Assembly (NCBI GenBank): GCA_038064515.1
Contig: JBBTSY010000009.1
Coordinates: 2,155-66,154 of the forward strand
Length of the DNA: 64,000 nt
Source of the DNA: Patescibacteria group bacterium
Lineage (GTDB): Bacteria > Patescibacteriota > Minisyncoccia > 2-02-FULL-40-12 > GWA2-44-9
Reading direction: 5' to 3'
Part shown: piece after piece, positions 9,222-17,975 of the stretch
Position numbering within the stretch: position 1 is the first letter of the stretch
How the letters are laid out: every line of letters starts with the position of its first letter
Made by a program: the position numbers and the translations under genes
The notes under the pieces: model-generated
Seen by the model: only the letters and a program-made list of their open reading frames with translations
Database searches by the model: none
Told to the model about the DNA's origin: nothing

Positions 9222-9389
9222 TGGCTGCCTCCTTAAATGAGTTACTAACTCGCCAATAATAACATAGGTAAGCATAAAAGTCAATATATTACTCCTTTGC
9301 GATTTACATTATAAAACATTGATATGAATCTTATTGTTCTATCCACAGATTACATATTAATGTTATGGTTCCTGTGATACAGTGGTGAT

Positions 9390-11432
9390 ATGGCTTCAAC
9401 TAAAATTATTAATGTTGTAAGAGATGACCCTTTTGATGAGATTTTTGATTTATTTAAAAATGCCAGCGCCGAAGAAGTAATTTTTATTCTCCCCAAGAAA
9501 GCCAAAGCATTTATCAACGAAGAACAATTTAAACAAATTCAGACAACGGCTCGAGAGCAGGAAAAGAAGGTTTCTCTAATGTCCTCTAACGCCGATGTTA
9601 TAGCACTTGCCCGGCAATATAACTTTGAAGTATTACAGGATAAAGTTGATTCCTCGGTTAAACCTAAAAGGAAAGCAATAAAAGCAGGGCCGGTATCCGT
9701 ACTCGCCGTGGCAGATGAAGATGAAATCGTTCGAGAAGACAGTGATCTTCTCGACCCGCTCAATCCTTCCGACGGCATCATGGGTATCAATGATTCCGAC
9801 AAGGAGGAAGAAATTACACCGCCTATCAAAGAAGAGGACGAAAATCTCTTTGAGAACAAAGAAGACAGCGAAGATGAGCTTGAGGAAGAACTTAAGAAGG
9901 AAGATGAAAAGGAGGAAGACTCTGAACTTAAAGAAGACGCAGAAGATGATGCAGATCTCGTATCATATGAAAATACCACCGAGCCAGTGGCAAGTTTCGC
10001 GCGTGTACGCCGACTTGATGGCATGGTGCCATCGGATGGGGAGGGACAGAGTATCCATATTCATTCAGCCGGAGACGCAACGATTAAGCTTGGCGTGAAG
10101 AAGGAGAAAATAAGTCAAAAGAATGTCGAGGACATTGCCGAAGTATGGCAACACGAACCTTTTTCCAGAGGCGAAAGCATGTGGACGGGTATTTTAAACA
10201 AAAAAGAGAATATCCGGCCATCGTTATGGGCGCGTATTTTTTCCCGCTCGGCGGCGTTTCAATTGGAAAAACCTGGGCGGCGGCAGGAGATCAAACCAAA
10301 TCGTTCTCGAAAAATCATAGCCAGTATCACGATTGCTATCTTATTAATCGCGGGAGGAGTCGTTTATGCCACTACCGGAACTGCCATAGTGACCATCATC
10401 CCTTTCTCGAAGCATCTTGATTTTGAAATGAGCGCCAATGCCTCGGATCAATTTGCTTCCGTTGATGGCACGTTCAGTAAACTGCCGGGACAGCTTTTTA
10501 CCATTGAGAAAACTGTCATGCAGGAATTTTCAGCAACGGGCCAACGAGATGTCGCCCAAAAAGCCCGCGGAAAAATAACCGTCTACAACACATTCAGCAA
10601 CGCACCGCAGACTCTTATTGCAACTACGCGATTTGAATCATCAGACGCGCTGATTTTTCGGACTCTTCGCACGGTTACGGTGGCTGGCATGACAGGCAGC
10701 ACTCCCGGTTCAGTTGAGGTGGAGGTAATCGCCGATAAAGTCGGGGATACCTATAATATCGCCGCGGGACGATTTACAATTCCGGCATTTAAAGAAAAAG
10801 GCGATACAGCCCGCTACCAGAAGTTCTATGGCCAATCTATGGAAGCTATGAAGGATGGTATTAGCGGCGTGGCAAAGGTAGTTACCGAGCAAGATTTCAC
10901 GAAAGCTAAAGAAACAGTAACCCAGAAACTCAAAGATGAGATAAAAGAAGCACTAGACCAGGAGGCCTCCGGCCTCAAGATTGCTGATAGCGCTCCGATC
11001 ACTATTCTTAGCACTGATTCCAGCGTTCAAGCAGATCAACCAGCCGATATATTTACCGTAACGGTAAAGGGGCGGCTTAAAACAATAGGCTTTAAGGAAG
11101 AAGACGTATGGGCTTTGGTGCGCCAGTATGCCGAGAAAAACTTTGGCCTTACGGTCGTGCCGGACAAGATCGCCCTAGATTATAAAGAAGCAAATCTGAA
11201 TGAAGTCCGAAGCACGTTGGAGCTTACCCTGAAACTTTCCGGCAATGGTTACGGTCAAATCGACACCGATCAAATCACAAATGATCTTTTGGGCAAGGGA
11301 GAGCGCGATATTGTAGGGTACCTGAAGCAAGCTCAAGGCGTCGCCGAAGCCAAAGTGATCCTGTCACCATTCTGGGTTAAAAAAGTGCCAAAAAACAAGG
11401 AAAAGATTACGATTATAATAGATTATCAATAG
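9390..11432 (+). CDS. hypothetical membrane protein with an N-terminal cytoplasmic domain, a long Asp/Glu-rich low-complexity linker, one TM and a large extracytoplasmic domain
   Basis: 680-aa ORF. Acidic stretch EDEIVREDSDLL...EEDSELKEDAEDDADL. TM IIASITIAILLIAGGVVYA. Confidence 0.6.
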   Translation: MASTKIINVVRDDPFDEIFDLFKNASAEEVIFILPKKAKAFINEEQFKQIQTTAREQEKKVSLMSSNADVIALARQYNFEVLQDKVDSSVKPKRKAIKAGPVSVLAVADEDEIVREDSDLLDPLNPSDGIMGINDSDKEEEITPPIKEEDENLFENKEDSEDELEEELKKEDEKEEDSELKEDAEDDADLVSYENTTEPVASFARVRRLDGMVPSDGEGQSIHIHSAGDATIKLGVKKEKISQKNVEDIAEVWQHEPFSRGESMWTGILNKKENIRPSLWARIFSRSAAFQLEKPGRRQEIKPNRSRKIIASITIAILLIAGGVVYATTGTAIVTIIPFSKHLDFEMSANASDQFASVDGTFSKLPGQLFTIEKTVMQEFSATGQRDVAQKARGKITVYNTFSNAPQTLIATTRFESSDALIFRTLRTVTVAGMTGSTPGSVEVEVIADKVGDTYNIAAGRFTIPAFKEKGDTARYQKFYGQSMEAMKDGISGVAKVVTEQDFTKAKETVTQKLKDEIKEALDQEASGLKIADSAPITILSTDSSVQADQPADIFTVTVKGRLKTIGFKEEDVWALVRQYAEKNFGLTVVPDKIALDYKEANLNEVRSTLELTLKLSGNGYGQIDTDQITNDLLGKGERDIVGYLKQAQGVAEAKVILSPFWVKKVPKNKEKITIIIDYQ

Positions 11433-11492
11433 GCTGATATCGAATTGACATTCCAAATGATGTTTGTTAGTATACGGAGGCTCACGCTATGA

Positions 11493-11747
11493 GTGTATCG
11501 GGTCGTGAGAGTGTTTTTTATTTCAGGGTATATTTTGAGCAATCCGCAGAAAGAAAAAATCAACGGTTTAGTTATAGAGGCTTTGCCTGATACCACTTTT
11601 CGAGTGCAGTTGGAGAATGGCAATATCGTCCTGGCGTATCTTGCAGGTAAGATGCGCATGAACTACATCAAGGTTATGATTGGCGATAGAGTTGCCTTAG
11701 AATTAAGTCCCGATGGAGCTCGCGGCCGCATTACATACCGCTACTAA
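11493..11747 (+). CDS. infA: translation initiation factor IF-1; the real start is probably the internal TTG at ~11535, giving ~70 aa
   Basis: S1-like IF-1 sequence [58 protein letters not shown]. Confidence 0.85.
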   Translation: MYRVVRVFFISGYILSNPQKEKINGLVIEALPDTTFRVQLENGNIVLAYLAGKMRMNYIKVMIGDRVALELSPDGARGRITYRY

Positions 11748-11792
11748 GGGCTTTGCCCGCACGCAGCATAGCGAGTACGGTTGCAAAACCTT

Positions 11793-11856
11793 ACCCCGCC
11801 CTTTATGCTTGTGATCTTAAACACGAACTATGGGTGGCGGGCTTAAAGGGCGGGGT
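11793..11856 (+). promoter_or_regulatory. structured leader: perfect 13-bp stem (ACCCCGCCCTTTA/TAAAGGGCGGGGT) enclosing a 38-nt loop, just upstream of rpmJ-rpsM
   Basis: Seen directly in the sequence. The loop contains GGGTGGCGGG, which could alternatively pair with CCCCGCCC. Confidence 0.35.
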
Positions 11857-11908
11857 CATGAATTTTTGACTGCTCGCCTGGTGGCCCACTTCCTCGCAGA
11901 AAAATATC

Positions 11909-12022
11909 ATGAAAGTCAGAGCATCGGTAAAAAAAATGTGTAATAATTGCAAACTCGTCAGGCGCAAGCGTCGCCTATACTGTTTGTGTAAAAATCCCAA
12001 GCATAAGCAACGCCAGGGGTAA
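11909..12022 (+). CDS. rpmJ: 50S ribosomal protein L36
   Basis: [37 protein letters not shown], 37 aa. Absent from the ORF track because it is under 60 aa. Confidence 0.85.
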   Translation: MKVRASVKKMCNNCKLVRRKRRLYCLCKNPKHKQRQG

Positions 12023-12049
12023 GTATGCTCGTTCGTAAGAATTTCTAAC

Positions 12050-12436
12050 ATGCCGCGTATTTTTGGAGTTTTAATTCCCGACAATAAAAAAATCCTTTAT
12101 TCCTTGCCATATCTGTATGGGATCGGTTTAAAGACGAGTGAGATCATTCTGAAATCTGCCGGTATTGATGGCGATAAGAGAGCTAAGGAGCTGACGGGCG
12201 AAGAACTTAGTAAGATTCAAAAGATTATTGAGCATAACTATAAAGTGGAAGGCGATCTCCGAAAAGAAATTAGCCAAAATATCAAACACTATAAAGAAAT
12301 CGGCACCTGGAAAGGTACGCGCCATGCTCGACGATTGCCAATTCATGGCCGTACGAAAACTAACTCGCGTACTACCAGAGGAAATGTGAGAAAGACGATG
12401 GGCTCTGGCAGAAAATCATCAAGCGAAAAGACTTAA
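12050..12436 (+). CDS. rpsM: 30S ribosomal protein S13
   Basis: MPRIFGVLIPDNKKILYSLPYLYGIGL... Confidence 0.9.
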   Translation: MPRIFGVLIPDNKKILYSLPYLYGIGLKTSEIILKSAGIDGDKRAKELTGEELSKIQKIIEHNYKVEGDLRKEISQNIKHYKEIGTWKGTRHARRLPIHGRTKTNSRTTRGNVRKTMGSGRKSSSEKT

Positions 12437-12441
12437 TTTGT

Positions 12442-12879
12442 ATGGGTAAAAAGCGAATTATCACAAAAACAGAAACTGACATTCAGGAGCAAGGCTCTGG
12501 TACTGTTGCTTCCAAAAAAGGAGTCAAAAAACAAGTCGTCAACGGCATTGCCCATATCCACGTTTCCTATAATAATACCCTAATTGCCATCAGCGATTTA
12601 AAAGGAGATATAATCTCCTGGTCATCCGCCGGCCTTCTTGGTTTTAGGGGAACAAAAAAGTCCACTCCGTATGCGGCAAATATGGTTGCCAAAGATGTGG
12701 TGGAGAAAGCTAAAAAGTATAATTTAAGCAATATTAAAATTGTTGTTCGCGGTATTGGACCAGCTCGTGAATCAGCCATCCGAGGTCTTGCCGGAACTGG
12801 CATGAATGTCACGTCTATCATGGACGAGACTCCAGTTGCGCACAACGGTGTTAAGGCTAAAAAGCCCCGCCGCGTATAA
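12442..12879 (+). CDS. rpsK: 30S ribosomal protein S11
   Basis: AHIHVSYNNTLIAISDLKGDIISWSSAG...VVRGIGPARESAIRGL. Confidence 0.9.
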   Translation: MGKKRIITKTETDIQEQGSGTVASKKGVKKQVVNGIAHIHVSYNNTLIAISDLKGDIISWSSAGLLGFRGTKKSTPYAANMVAKDVVEKAKKYNLSNIKIVVRGIGPARESAIRGLAGTGMNVTSIMDETPVAHNGVKAKKPRRV

Positions 12880-12909
12880 CATTATTTAGCGTATAAAACA
12901 TTTACAACC

Positions 12910-13545
12910 ATGGGACGTTATTTAGGGCCACGAGAAAAAATTGAACGACGAATCGGCGAAAAACTCTTCTTAAAAGGGGAGCGTTCATATTCTCAAAAGT
13001 CAGCCATGACTCGAAAACCGTATCCTCCGGGCATGCACGGCCAGGGACGGCTCAAGAAACTTTCTGAATTCGGCCAGCAACTCAAGTCTAAGCAAAAAGT
13101 ACGCAATATCTACCGACTCCTTGAGAAGCCGTTTAAAGCCTACGTAAAGAAAGTCCTTGAAAAGAAAGCCGAGCCGTATGAACCAATTATGCTTTCTCTC
13201 GAAAGCCGATTGGACAACGTTGTCTTCCGCATGGGTTTTGCTCAATCTCGCGATCAAGCTCGCCAGATCGTAAATCATGGCCATATCCTCGTAAACAACA
13301 AGAAGGCTTCAATCCCTTCTGTTGTTATAAAGCAGGGCGATGTTATCTCTATTCGTGAAGGCAGTAAGAAATCCCCATACTTCACGAGCTTGATGCCGCA
13401 ATGGTGGATGAAGTATGAAGCGCCGCAGTGGATTCTCCTTGATAAAGAAAAGGGAACGGCGACAATTAAGGCGAAACCAACGATGCTGGACAGCGGAATC
13501 AAAGTTGAAGATATCCAGGCTATTATTGAGTATTATTCACGTTGA
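12910..13545 (+). CDS. rpsD: 30S ribosomal protein S4
   Basis: MGRYLGPREKIERRIGEKLFLKGERS... Confidence 0.9.
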   Translation: MGRYLGPREKIERRIGEKLFLKGERSYSQKSAMTRKPYPPGMHGQGRLKKLSEFGQQLKSKQKVRNIYRLLEKPFKAYVKKVLEKKAEPYEPIMLSLESRLDNVVFRMGFAQSRDQARQIVNHGHILVNNKKASIPSVVIKQGDVISIREGSKKSPYFTSLMPQWWMKYEAPQWILLDKEKGTATIKAKPTMLDSGIKVEDIQAIIEYYSR

Positions 13546-13639
13546 CATTAATTAATTGCGTCAGCGATTCCCGAGCATCCGAGTTACCGACATATAACCT
13601 CCTACTCTCGTATGCCCCAGGAATCGAAGGCGTCAAAAT

Positions 13640-14404
13640 ATGATCCAGCTACCAGAAGATGTAAAAATAGTTTCCCGGGAAGGCAATAAGGCTGTTTTTG
13701 AAATTTCTCCTCTCCTGCCCGGCTACGGAGCAACGATCGCGAACCCATTGCGGCGTGTTTTATTTGCCTCGCTCGAAGGCGCTGCCGTAACGTCCGTTAA
13801 GATTCAGGGCATTGATCACGAATTCTCCAGCATACCCGGCGTGCTTGAAGATGTCATCGAAATCATCCTTAACATTAAAAAGTGTCGCTTTAAGCTTCAC
13901 ACAGAAGGTCCCATTACGGTTACATTGAATGTAAAAGGCGAAAGAGAGGTTACTGCCGGCGATATCAAGCTTAGCGCTGATGTTGAGATTATTAATCAGG
14001 ATCAGCACATTATTACGATCACTGATAAAAAGACCGAAATAAGCATGGAGCTCACAATCGAAAAGGGTATCGGTTATGTGCCGGTAGAACAAAAGCAGAA
14101 AGAAAAGCTTCCCATCGGTGTTATCGCTATCGATGCTATCTTTTCTCCTGTCCGCTTGGTTAACTTCAGAGTTGAAGATATCCGTGTCGGCCAGAGAATC
14201 GATTTTAATAAAGTAACGATGGAAATCGAAACCGACGGCTCAATTTCTCCAGAGCAGGCTTTTAAGAATGCCGCCGAGATTCTTGTAAATCACTTTAATG
14301 TGCTTTTACAGGTTGAGGTCAAGGAGCTGGAGAAGCCGACCAAACCTGCCCGCCTGCCCGGCCAAGGGCCAGGGAAAGTGAAAAAAGTGAAAAACGAAAA
14401 GTAA
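13640..14404 (+). CDS. rpoA: DNA-directed RNA polymerase alpha subunit, N-terminal domain only (no alpha-CTD)
   Basis: RpoA NTD homology. 254 aa, ending in a Lys/Pro-rich tail, against ~330 aa for canonical RpoA. Confidence 0.85.
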   Translation: MIQLPEDVKIVSREGNKAVFEISPLLPGYGATIANPLRRVLFASLEGAAVTSVKIQGIDHEFSSIPGVLEDVIEIILNIKKCRFKLHTEGPITVTLNVKGEREVTAGDIKLSADVEIINQDQHIITITDKKTEISMELTIEKGIGYVPVEQKQKEKLPIGVIAIDAIFSPVRLVNFRVEDIRVGQRIDFNKVTMEIETDGSISPEQAFKNAAEILVNHFNVLLQVEVKELEKPTKPARLPGQGPGKVKKVKNEK

Positions 14405-14408
14405 AAAT

Positions 14409-14756
14409 ATGAAACGCGGCAATAAACCAAAATTTGGACGCGAACGAAACCAGCGCAAGGCGTTGGAGAGATCGCTTGCCACGGCGTTGATTGATCATGG
14501 CAAGATTACGACCACCAAAGTAAAAGCGAAGATGCTTTCGACATACGTCGATAAGATGATCACTTTAGCTAAAAAGCAAAATCTTGCCAGTCGCCGCTTG
14601 CTTCAAACTAAAATCGGCGTTAAGACTGTCGACAAACTCATGAAGGACATTAGCCCGCGTTTTAGCGAGACGTATGGCGGTTACACGCGCGTGGTCCGTT
14701 TGGCTCGCCGCAAGAGCGACGGTTCCGAAATGGCAGTCATTGAATTTACTAAGTAA
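14409..14756 (+). CDS. rplQ: 50S ribosomal protein L17
   Basis: MKRGNKPKFGRERNQRKAL... Confidence 0.9.
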   Translation: MKRGNKPKFGRERNQRKALERSLATALIDHGKITTTKVKAKMLSTYVDKMITLAKKQNLASRRLLQTKIGVKTVDKLMKDISPRFSETYGGYTRVVRLARRKSDGSEMAVIEFTK

Positions 14757-14761
14757 GCGAT

Positions 14762-15103
14762 ATGATTACCCACGAAATTGACGCAACAAATCAATCATTA
14801 GGACGTCTTGCCTCGAAAGTGGCGATGCTATTGCGCGGCAAAGATTCGCCCGACTATCAGCCGCATATTATGCCGAAAGTGCAGGTAACCATCATCAATA
14901 GCGATAAAATTAAATTTGCCGGTTCTAAAATGGATACGAAGATCTACTATCACTATTCAGGTTTTCCGGGTGGAATGAAGGAGCGGTCATTAAAAGCAGA
15001 ATGGACTAAACAACCCAAGGAAGTTATTCGCAAAAGCGTCTATCGCATGTTGCCCAATAACCGATTGCGCGATAAAATCATCCGAAATCTTAAGTTTGCA
15101 TAA
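14762..15103 (+). CDS. rplM: 50S ribosomal protein L13, short form
   Basis: L13 family (LGRLASKVAMLLRGK). 113 aa. Confidence 0.85.
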   Translation: MITHEIDATNQSLGRLASKVAMLLRGKDSPDYQPHIMPKVQVTIINSDKIKFAGSKMDTKIYYHYSGFPGGMKERSLKAEWTKQPKEVIRKSVYRMLPNNRLRDKIIRNLKFA

Positions 15104-15707
15104 TATGCCAAAAATATCCAAAAAAACCAAAGTCAAGGAAAAGAAACAGATTAAACTGAAAATTCCTGAATCGCAAGCCGCCCCATCTAGAGTAGCCGAG
15201 ACTGATGTTATAGGAAACACACAAACTGTCGACGTCGACGCTATAGATGCAGATTCTATTATACCTGAAAGTGAAGAAGAAGCCGGCGATAAAGAACGCT
15301 ACTATGAATCAGTTGGTCGTCGCAAGCGATCCATCGCTCGCGTACGTTTATATACTAAGAAGTCAACCGATACCATGAAAGAAGATCGGGCTCTGATGAC
15401 GGCCAACGGCAAAGATTACTTCGACTATTTCAATGATGTAAATCTTATTGCTCGTATTGAAGCTCCGTTACGCAAACTCAAGTCGCTTAATCGATTCAAG
15501 GTGATGGCACTTTTGCAAGGTGGCGGCATTGCCGGTCAGGCTGATGCTCTCCGGCATGGCTTAGCCCGCGCATTGGAACAGTTCGATCTTAACTTCCGCA
15601 AGAAGCTCAAGAAGTCTGGTTACTTGACTCGCGACTCCCGCAAGAAAGAGCGTCGCAAGTACGGTCTCAAAAAAGCCAGAAAAGCGCCTCAATGGAGCAA
15701 GCGATAA
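15096..15707 (+). CDS. rpsI: 30S ribosomal protein S9 with a ~65-aa N-terminal extension
   Basis: S9 core from ERYYESVGRRKRSIARVRLY to ...ARKAPQWSKR, preceded by a Lys/Asp/Glu-rich extension with no internal ATG. Confidence 0.85.
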   Translation: MHNMPKISKKTKVKEKKQIKLKIPESQAAPSRVAETDVIGNTQTVDVDAIDADSIIPESEEEAGDKERYYESVGRRKRSIARVRLYTKKSTDTMKEDRALMTANGKDYFDYFNDVNLIARIEAPLRKLKSLNRFKVMALLQGGGIAGQADALRHGLARALEQFDLNFRKKLKKSGYLTRDSRKKERRKYGLKKARKAPQWSKR

Positions 15708-15750
15708 AACGCTTAGCGGCTATGCCGTTCCGATACACTGAAAATGGGGG

Positions 15751-15779
15751 TTGTACAAATAACTATTTCGTGGTATGAT
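15751..15779 (+). promoter_or_regulatory. promoter TTGTAC-N17-TATGAT for islet D, followed by a ~95-nt structured GC-rich leader
   Basis: Hexamers at 15751-15756 and 15774-15779. Confidence 0.35.
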
Positions 15780-15875
15780 ATCAAGTGCCTAGACGCTAAG
15801 GCGTTACTGGCTGTCCGAATCGGCGCCTAAGGGTGCAACGGTGGGACATTCTTTGAAAATGAAAGGAAGGTCGCC

Positions 15876-16862
15876 ATGACTACATGGCAAGTCGCATTGT
15901 TCGTACTGTTCGCCGTGTCTGTGCTGACGTACCTGGCCGCCAAGGTCATCCAGCGACTCCAGGAGCGCTGGACTGTGCTACCGGACTTCGTCTGGAATCG
16001 CGTCGGCGGGGTTGTCGCAGTCTGTGCGGTCAGCGACTTCCACAATCCCCGGAACCAGAGGATTGGTGGGTATGTATTGGTTCCGGATACGCTGACTTTC
16101 AGTGACCATCAGCATCCCATCCCAGGTCGGTGGTTCAGCACATCTGTGCCATACTTGTTCACTGGCGGGTTCGACAGCAGGCAATACGAACATTCGTTGT
16201 TTGTGCCGTTCGCATCCGAGCGATACTTGGCGAACGATACGCAGGCTAACCTCCTTACCTTTACCGGTCCGCATGACAATCTTGACATGTTCGTACAGTC
16301 CAAGACGGAAGCTAACCTGCGGTATGATGTCCGGCGCCGGTTCGCGGCCTTCGTAACCCGTAACGAGAGTACGTTCTTGGGTATCCGATTCGCATCGCTG
16401 GTGATGGTCGTCGCATTCTCTGCCGGACTGTTTGTGAATGCCCTCTCGCAGAACGAGCAGGACCAGCAAGCAGCGCCGGCGGTACTGTACACCACAACAG
16501 TCGGTTCCTCCGACCTCACCGAGTTCCGGGGCACCCGGATGGAGATCAAGAAGCTGCCGGTCGGTGACCTGCCTGTTATTGGGCCGGAGATCACGATGGG
16601 CCCAGTGGTCACGGTCATGCCCATTGGTGGGGACATGAACTACGTGTGCATTCTGCGGCAGTCCGACGACGGCCGAATCTGCGGGTTCGCTACCGCGGCG
16701 CTGGGTCTGAAGAAGGGTGAAACGGGATACCTGCGGACTGGTTTTGCAACCTTGTGGATCAACTCTACCGGCGGCTCACATGCCGAGCTTGCCCGCTGGG
16801 CCATCTCCGAGCAGGAAGCCCTGGCCCTGCGTGACAAGGCGGGATACCGCATCAAGAAGTAG
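15876..16862 (+). CDS. hypothetical membrane protein; high-GC islet D (two predicted TM segments)
   Basis: 328-aa ORF, about 60% GC, AAGGAAGG SD, intrinsic terminator immediately downstream. Many overlapping antisense ORFs are typical of GC-rich DNA. Confidence 0.55.
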   Translation: MTTWQVALFVLFAVSVLTYLAAKVIQRLQERWTVLPDFVWNRVGGVVAVCAVSDFHNPRNQRIGGYVLVPDTLTFSDHQHPIPGRWFSTSVPYLFTGGFDSRQYEHSLFVPFASERYLANDTQANLLTFTGPHDNLDMFVQSKTEANLRYDVRRRFAAFVTRNESTFLGIRFASLVMVVAFSAGLFVNALSQNEQDQQAAPAVLYTTTVGSSDLTEFRGTRMEIKKLPVGDLPVIGPEITMGPVVTVMPIGGDMNYVCILRQSDDGRICGFATAALGLKKGETGYLRTGFATLWINSTGGSHAELARWAISEQEALALRDKAGYRIKK

Positions 16863-16877
16863 CAACACGCCCCCGCG

Positions 16878-16918
16878 GAAGAGGCCCTCGGTCTCTCTGT
16901 CGGGGGCCTCTTTTTATA
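16878..16918. terminator. intrinsic terminator GAGGCCC...GGGCCTC followed by a T-run
   Basis: GC stem followed by TTTTTATAAAAG, between convergent genes. Confidence 0.55.
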
Positions 16919-16931
16919 AAAGAAACTGTCG

Positions 16932-17975
16932 CTACGGAACCCTCAAATAACGTTCAACAAGAATTCTGTAAAGTTTAGCTCGCACCATGTCGGTTCTTTT
17001 CCATTCTTTTCGAGCGCGTCTTGCAAGGATATCAGCATAGACTGAATATCGGATTGCAGCCCAGTACATCTTATAGAATTGGACAACGCTTGTTGTGCTA
17101 TCAGTAAGACCTCCAAGATATGAAGTCACGAATAAATTACCGAGTTCGTCTTGTCCGTATGCATCGAAATCTTTTGCAATGGCGCCAACATCGTTTAGAG
17201 GATCGCCATATTCCCACTCCTTAAGCAATTGATTTACATCTATAAAATGATATGTACCGCGGACATAAAAAATATTTTCCGTATTTAAGTCGCCGTGAAT
17301 GCGTTGAGTAAATGGTTGTCTTGCCGCAAGCAATAGGTGAAACAAGCGGGAATATTTTTTATGCCATGCGGTTAGGTGATGATAGAAATTTGCGGCAACA
17401 ATCTTTTTCATGTGTGGTTCTTGCATCCAGTCAAAAGTTTCTTGCCAGCGTTGTTGAAGAGATCGTAGAGAAGCATAGCGAGCAAATCTTCTTCTGCGAG
17501 GTAATTTTTGGTGAATCCTGCGGAGGGTATCTGCGAGTAAAATAACGTCTTTGTTTTTTACCTTGTGAAGTCGGATCAACTCCGATAACTCACAATTTTC
17601 CGGTAATCTCTTGATCTTCAGAGCATAATCCAAAGTTTTGCCTCCAATATTAATTCCGATATTACTGTTGGTACCAGCCCGTATCGGTACCACGCCTATA
17701 TGAATCGATGGAGAAAAAATCTTATTAACCTTGTATTCTTCAAGTGTTGCTCGTTTTCTATTAGCAAGTGTGGTGTAGTTAATCTTGCCCTCAAAGCGAA
17801 CTGTCGGCTGTTTGATTTTATAAACAAAATTATCAGTAAGAAAGACAAAATTAACCAAGCTTTTTATAAGCTTAACCCTCTTGGTTTTAGAGTCGTAAGC
17901 CCTTGGGTTTAATAGTGCCTTTTCTAAATCAATCATGAGAGTCCAGTGCTGTGAACTTCCTTGTCTCTTTGTCAA
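16932..17975 (-). CDS. phosphotransferase (APH/ChoK/CotS-like kinase fold) family protein
   Basis: Catalytic loop HGDLNTENIF and IDVN...EYGDPLNDVG, matching the HGDxxxxN and DxxxGDPxxD motifs of the aminoglycoside phosphotransferase family. Confidence 0.6.
   Translation of the reverse strand: MTKRQGSSQHWTLMIDLEKALLNPRAYDSKTKRVKLIKSLVNFVFLTDNFVYKIKQPTVRFEGKINYTTLANRKRATLEEYKVNKIFSPSIHIGVVPIRAGTNSNIGINIGGKTLDYALKIKRLPENCELSELIRLHKVKNKDVILLADTLRRIHQKLPRRRRFARYASLRSLQQRWQETFDWMQEPHMKKIVAANFYHHLTAWHKKYSRLFHLLLAARQPFTQRIHGDLNTENIFYVRGTYHFIDVNQLLKEWEYGDPLNDVGAIAKDFDAYGQDELGNLFVTSYLGGLTDSTTSVVQFYKMYWAAIRYSVYADILARRARKEWKRTDMVRAKLYRILVERYLRVP

Noticed and set aside
9539-10098. Ser-rich 161-aa minus ORF and Lys/Arg-rich 127-aa plus ORF inside the 680-aa gene
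   Set aside because: They are antisense or frame-shifted readings of the GAA/GAT-rich acidic repeat region and are low-complexity.
11803-12084. 93-aa minus-strand ORF overlapping rpmJ
   Set aside because: It is antisense to a highly conserved L36 gene and to the leader hairpin. No SD.
15884-16855. Numerous overlapping ORFs on both strands inside islet D (e.g. 15978-16469 minus, 16109-16636 minus, 16438-16638 plus, 16640-16855 minus)
   Set aside because: Long spurious ORFs are expected by chance in ~60% GC DNA, because stop codons are AT-rich. Only the 328-aa plus-strand ORF has a promoter, SD and terminator.
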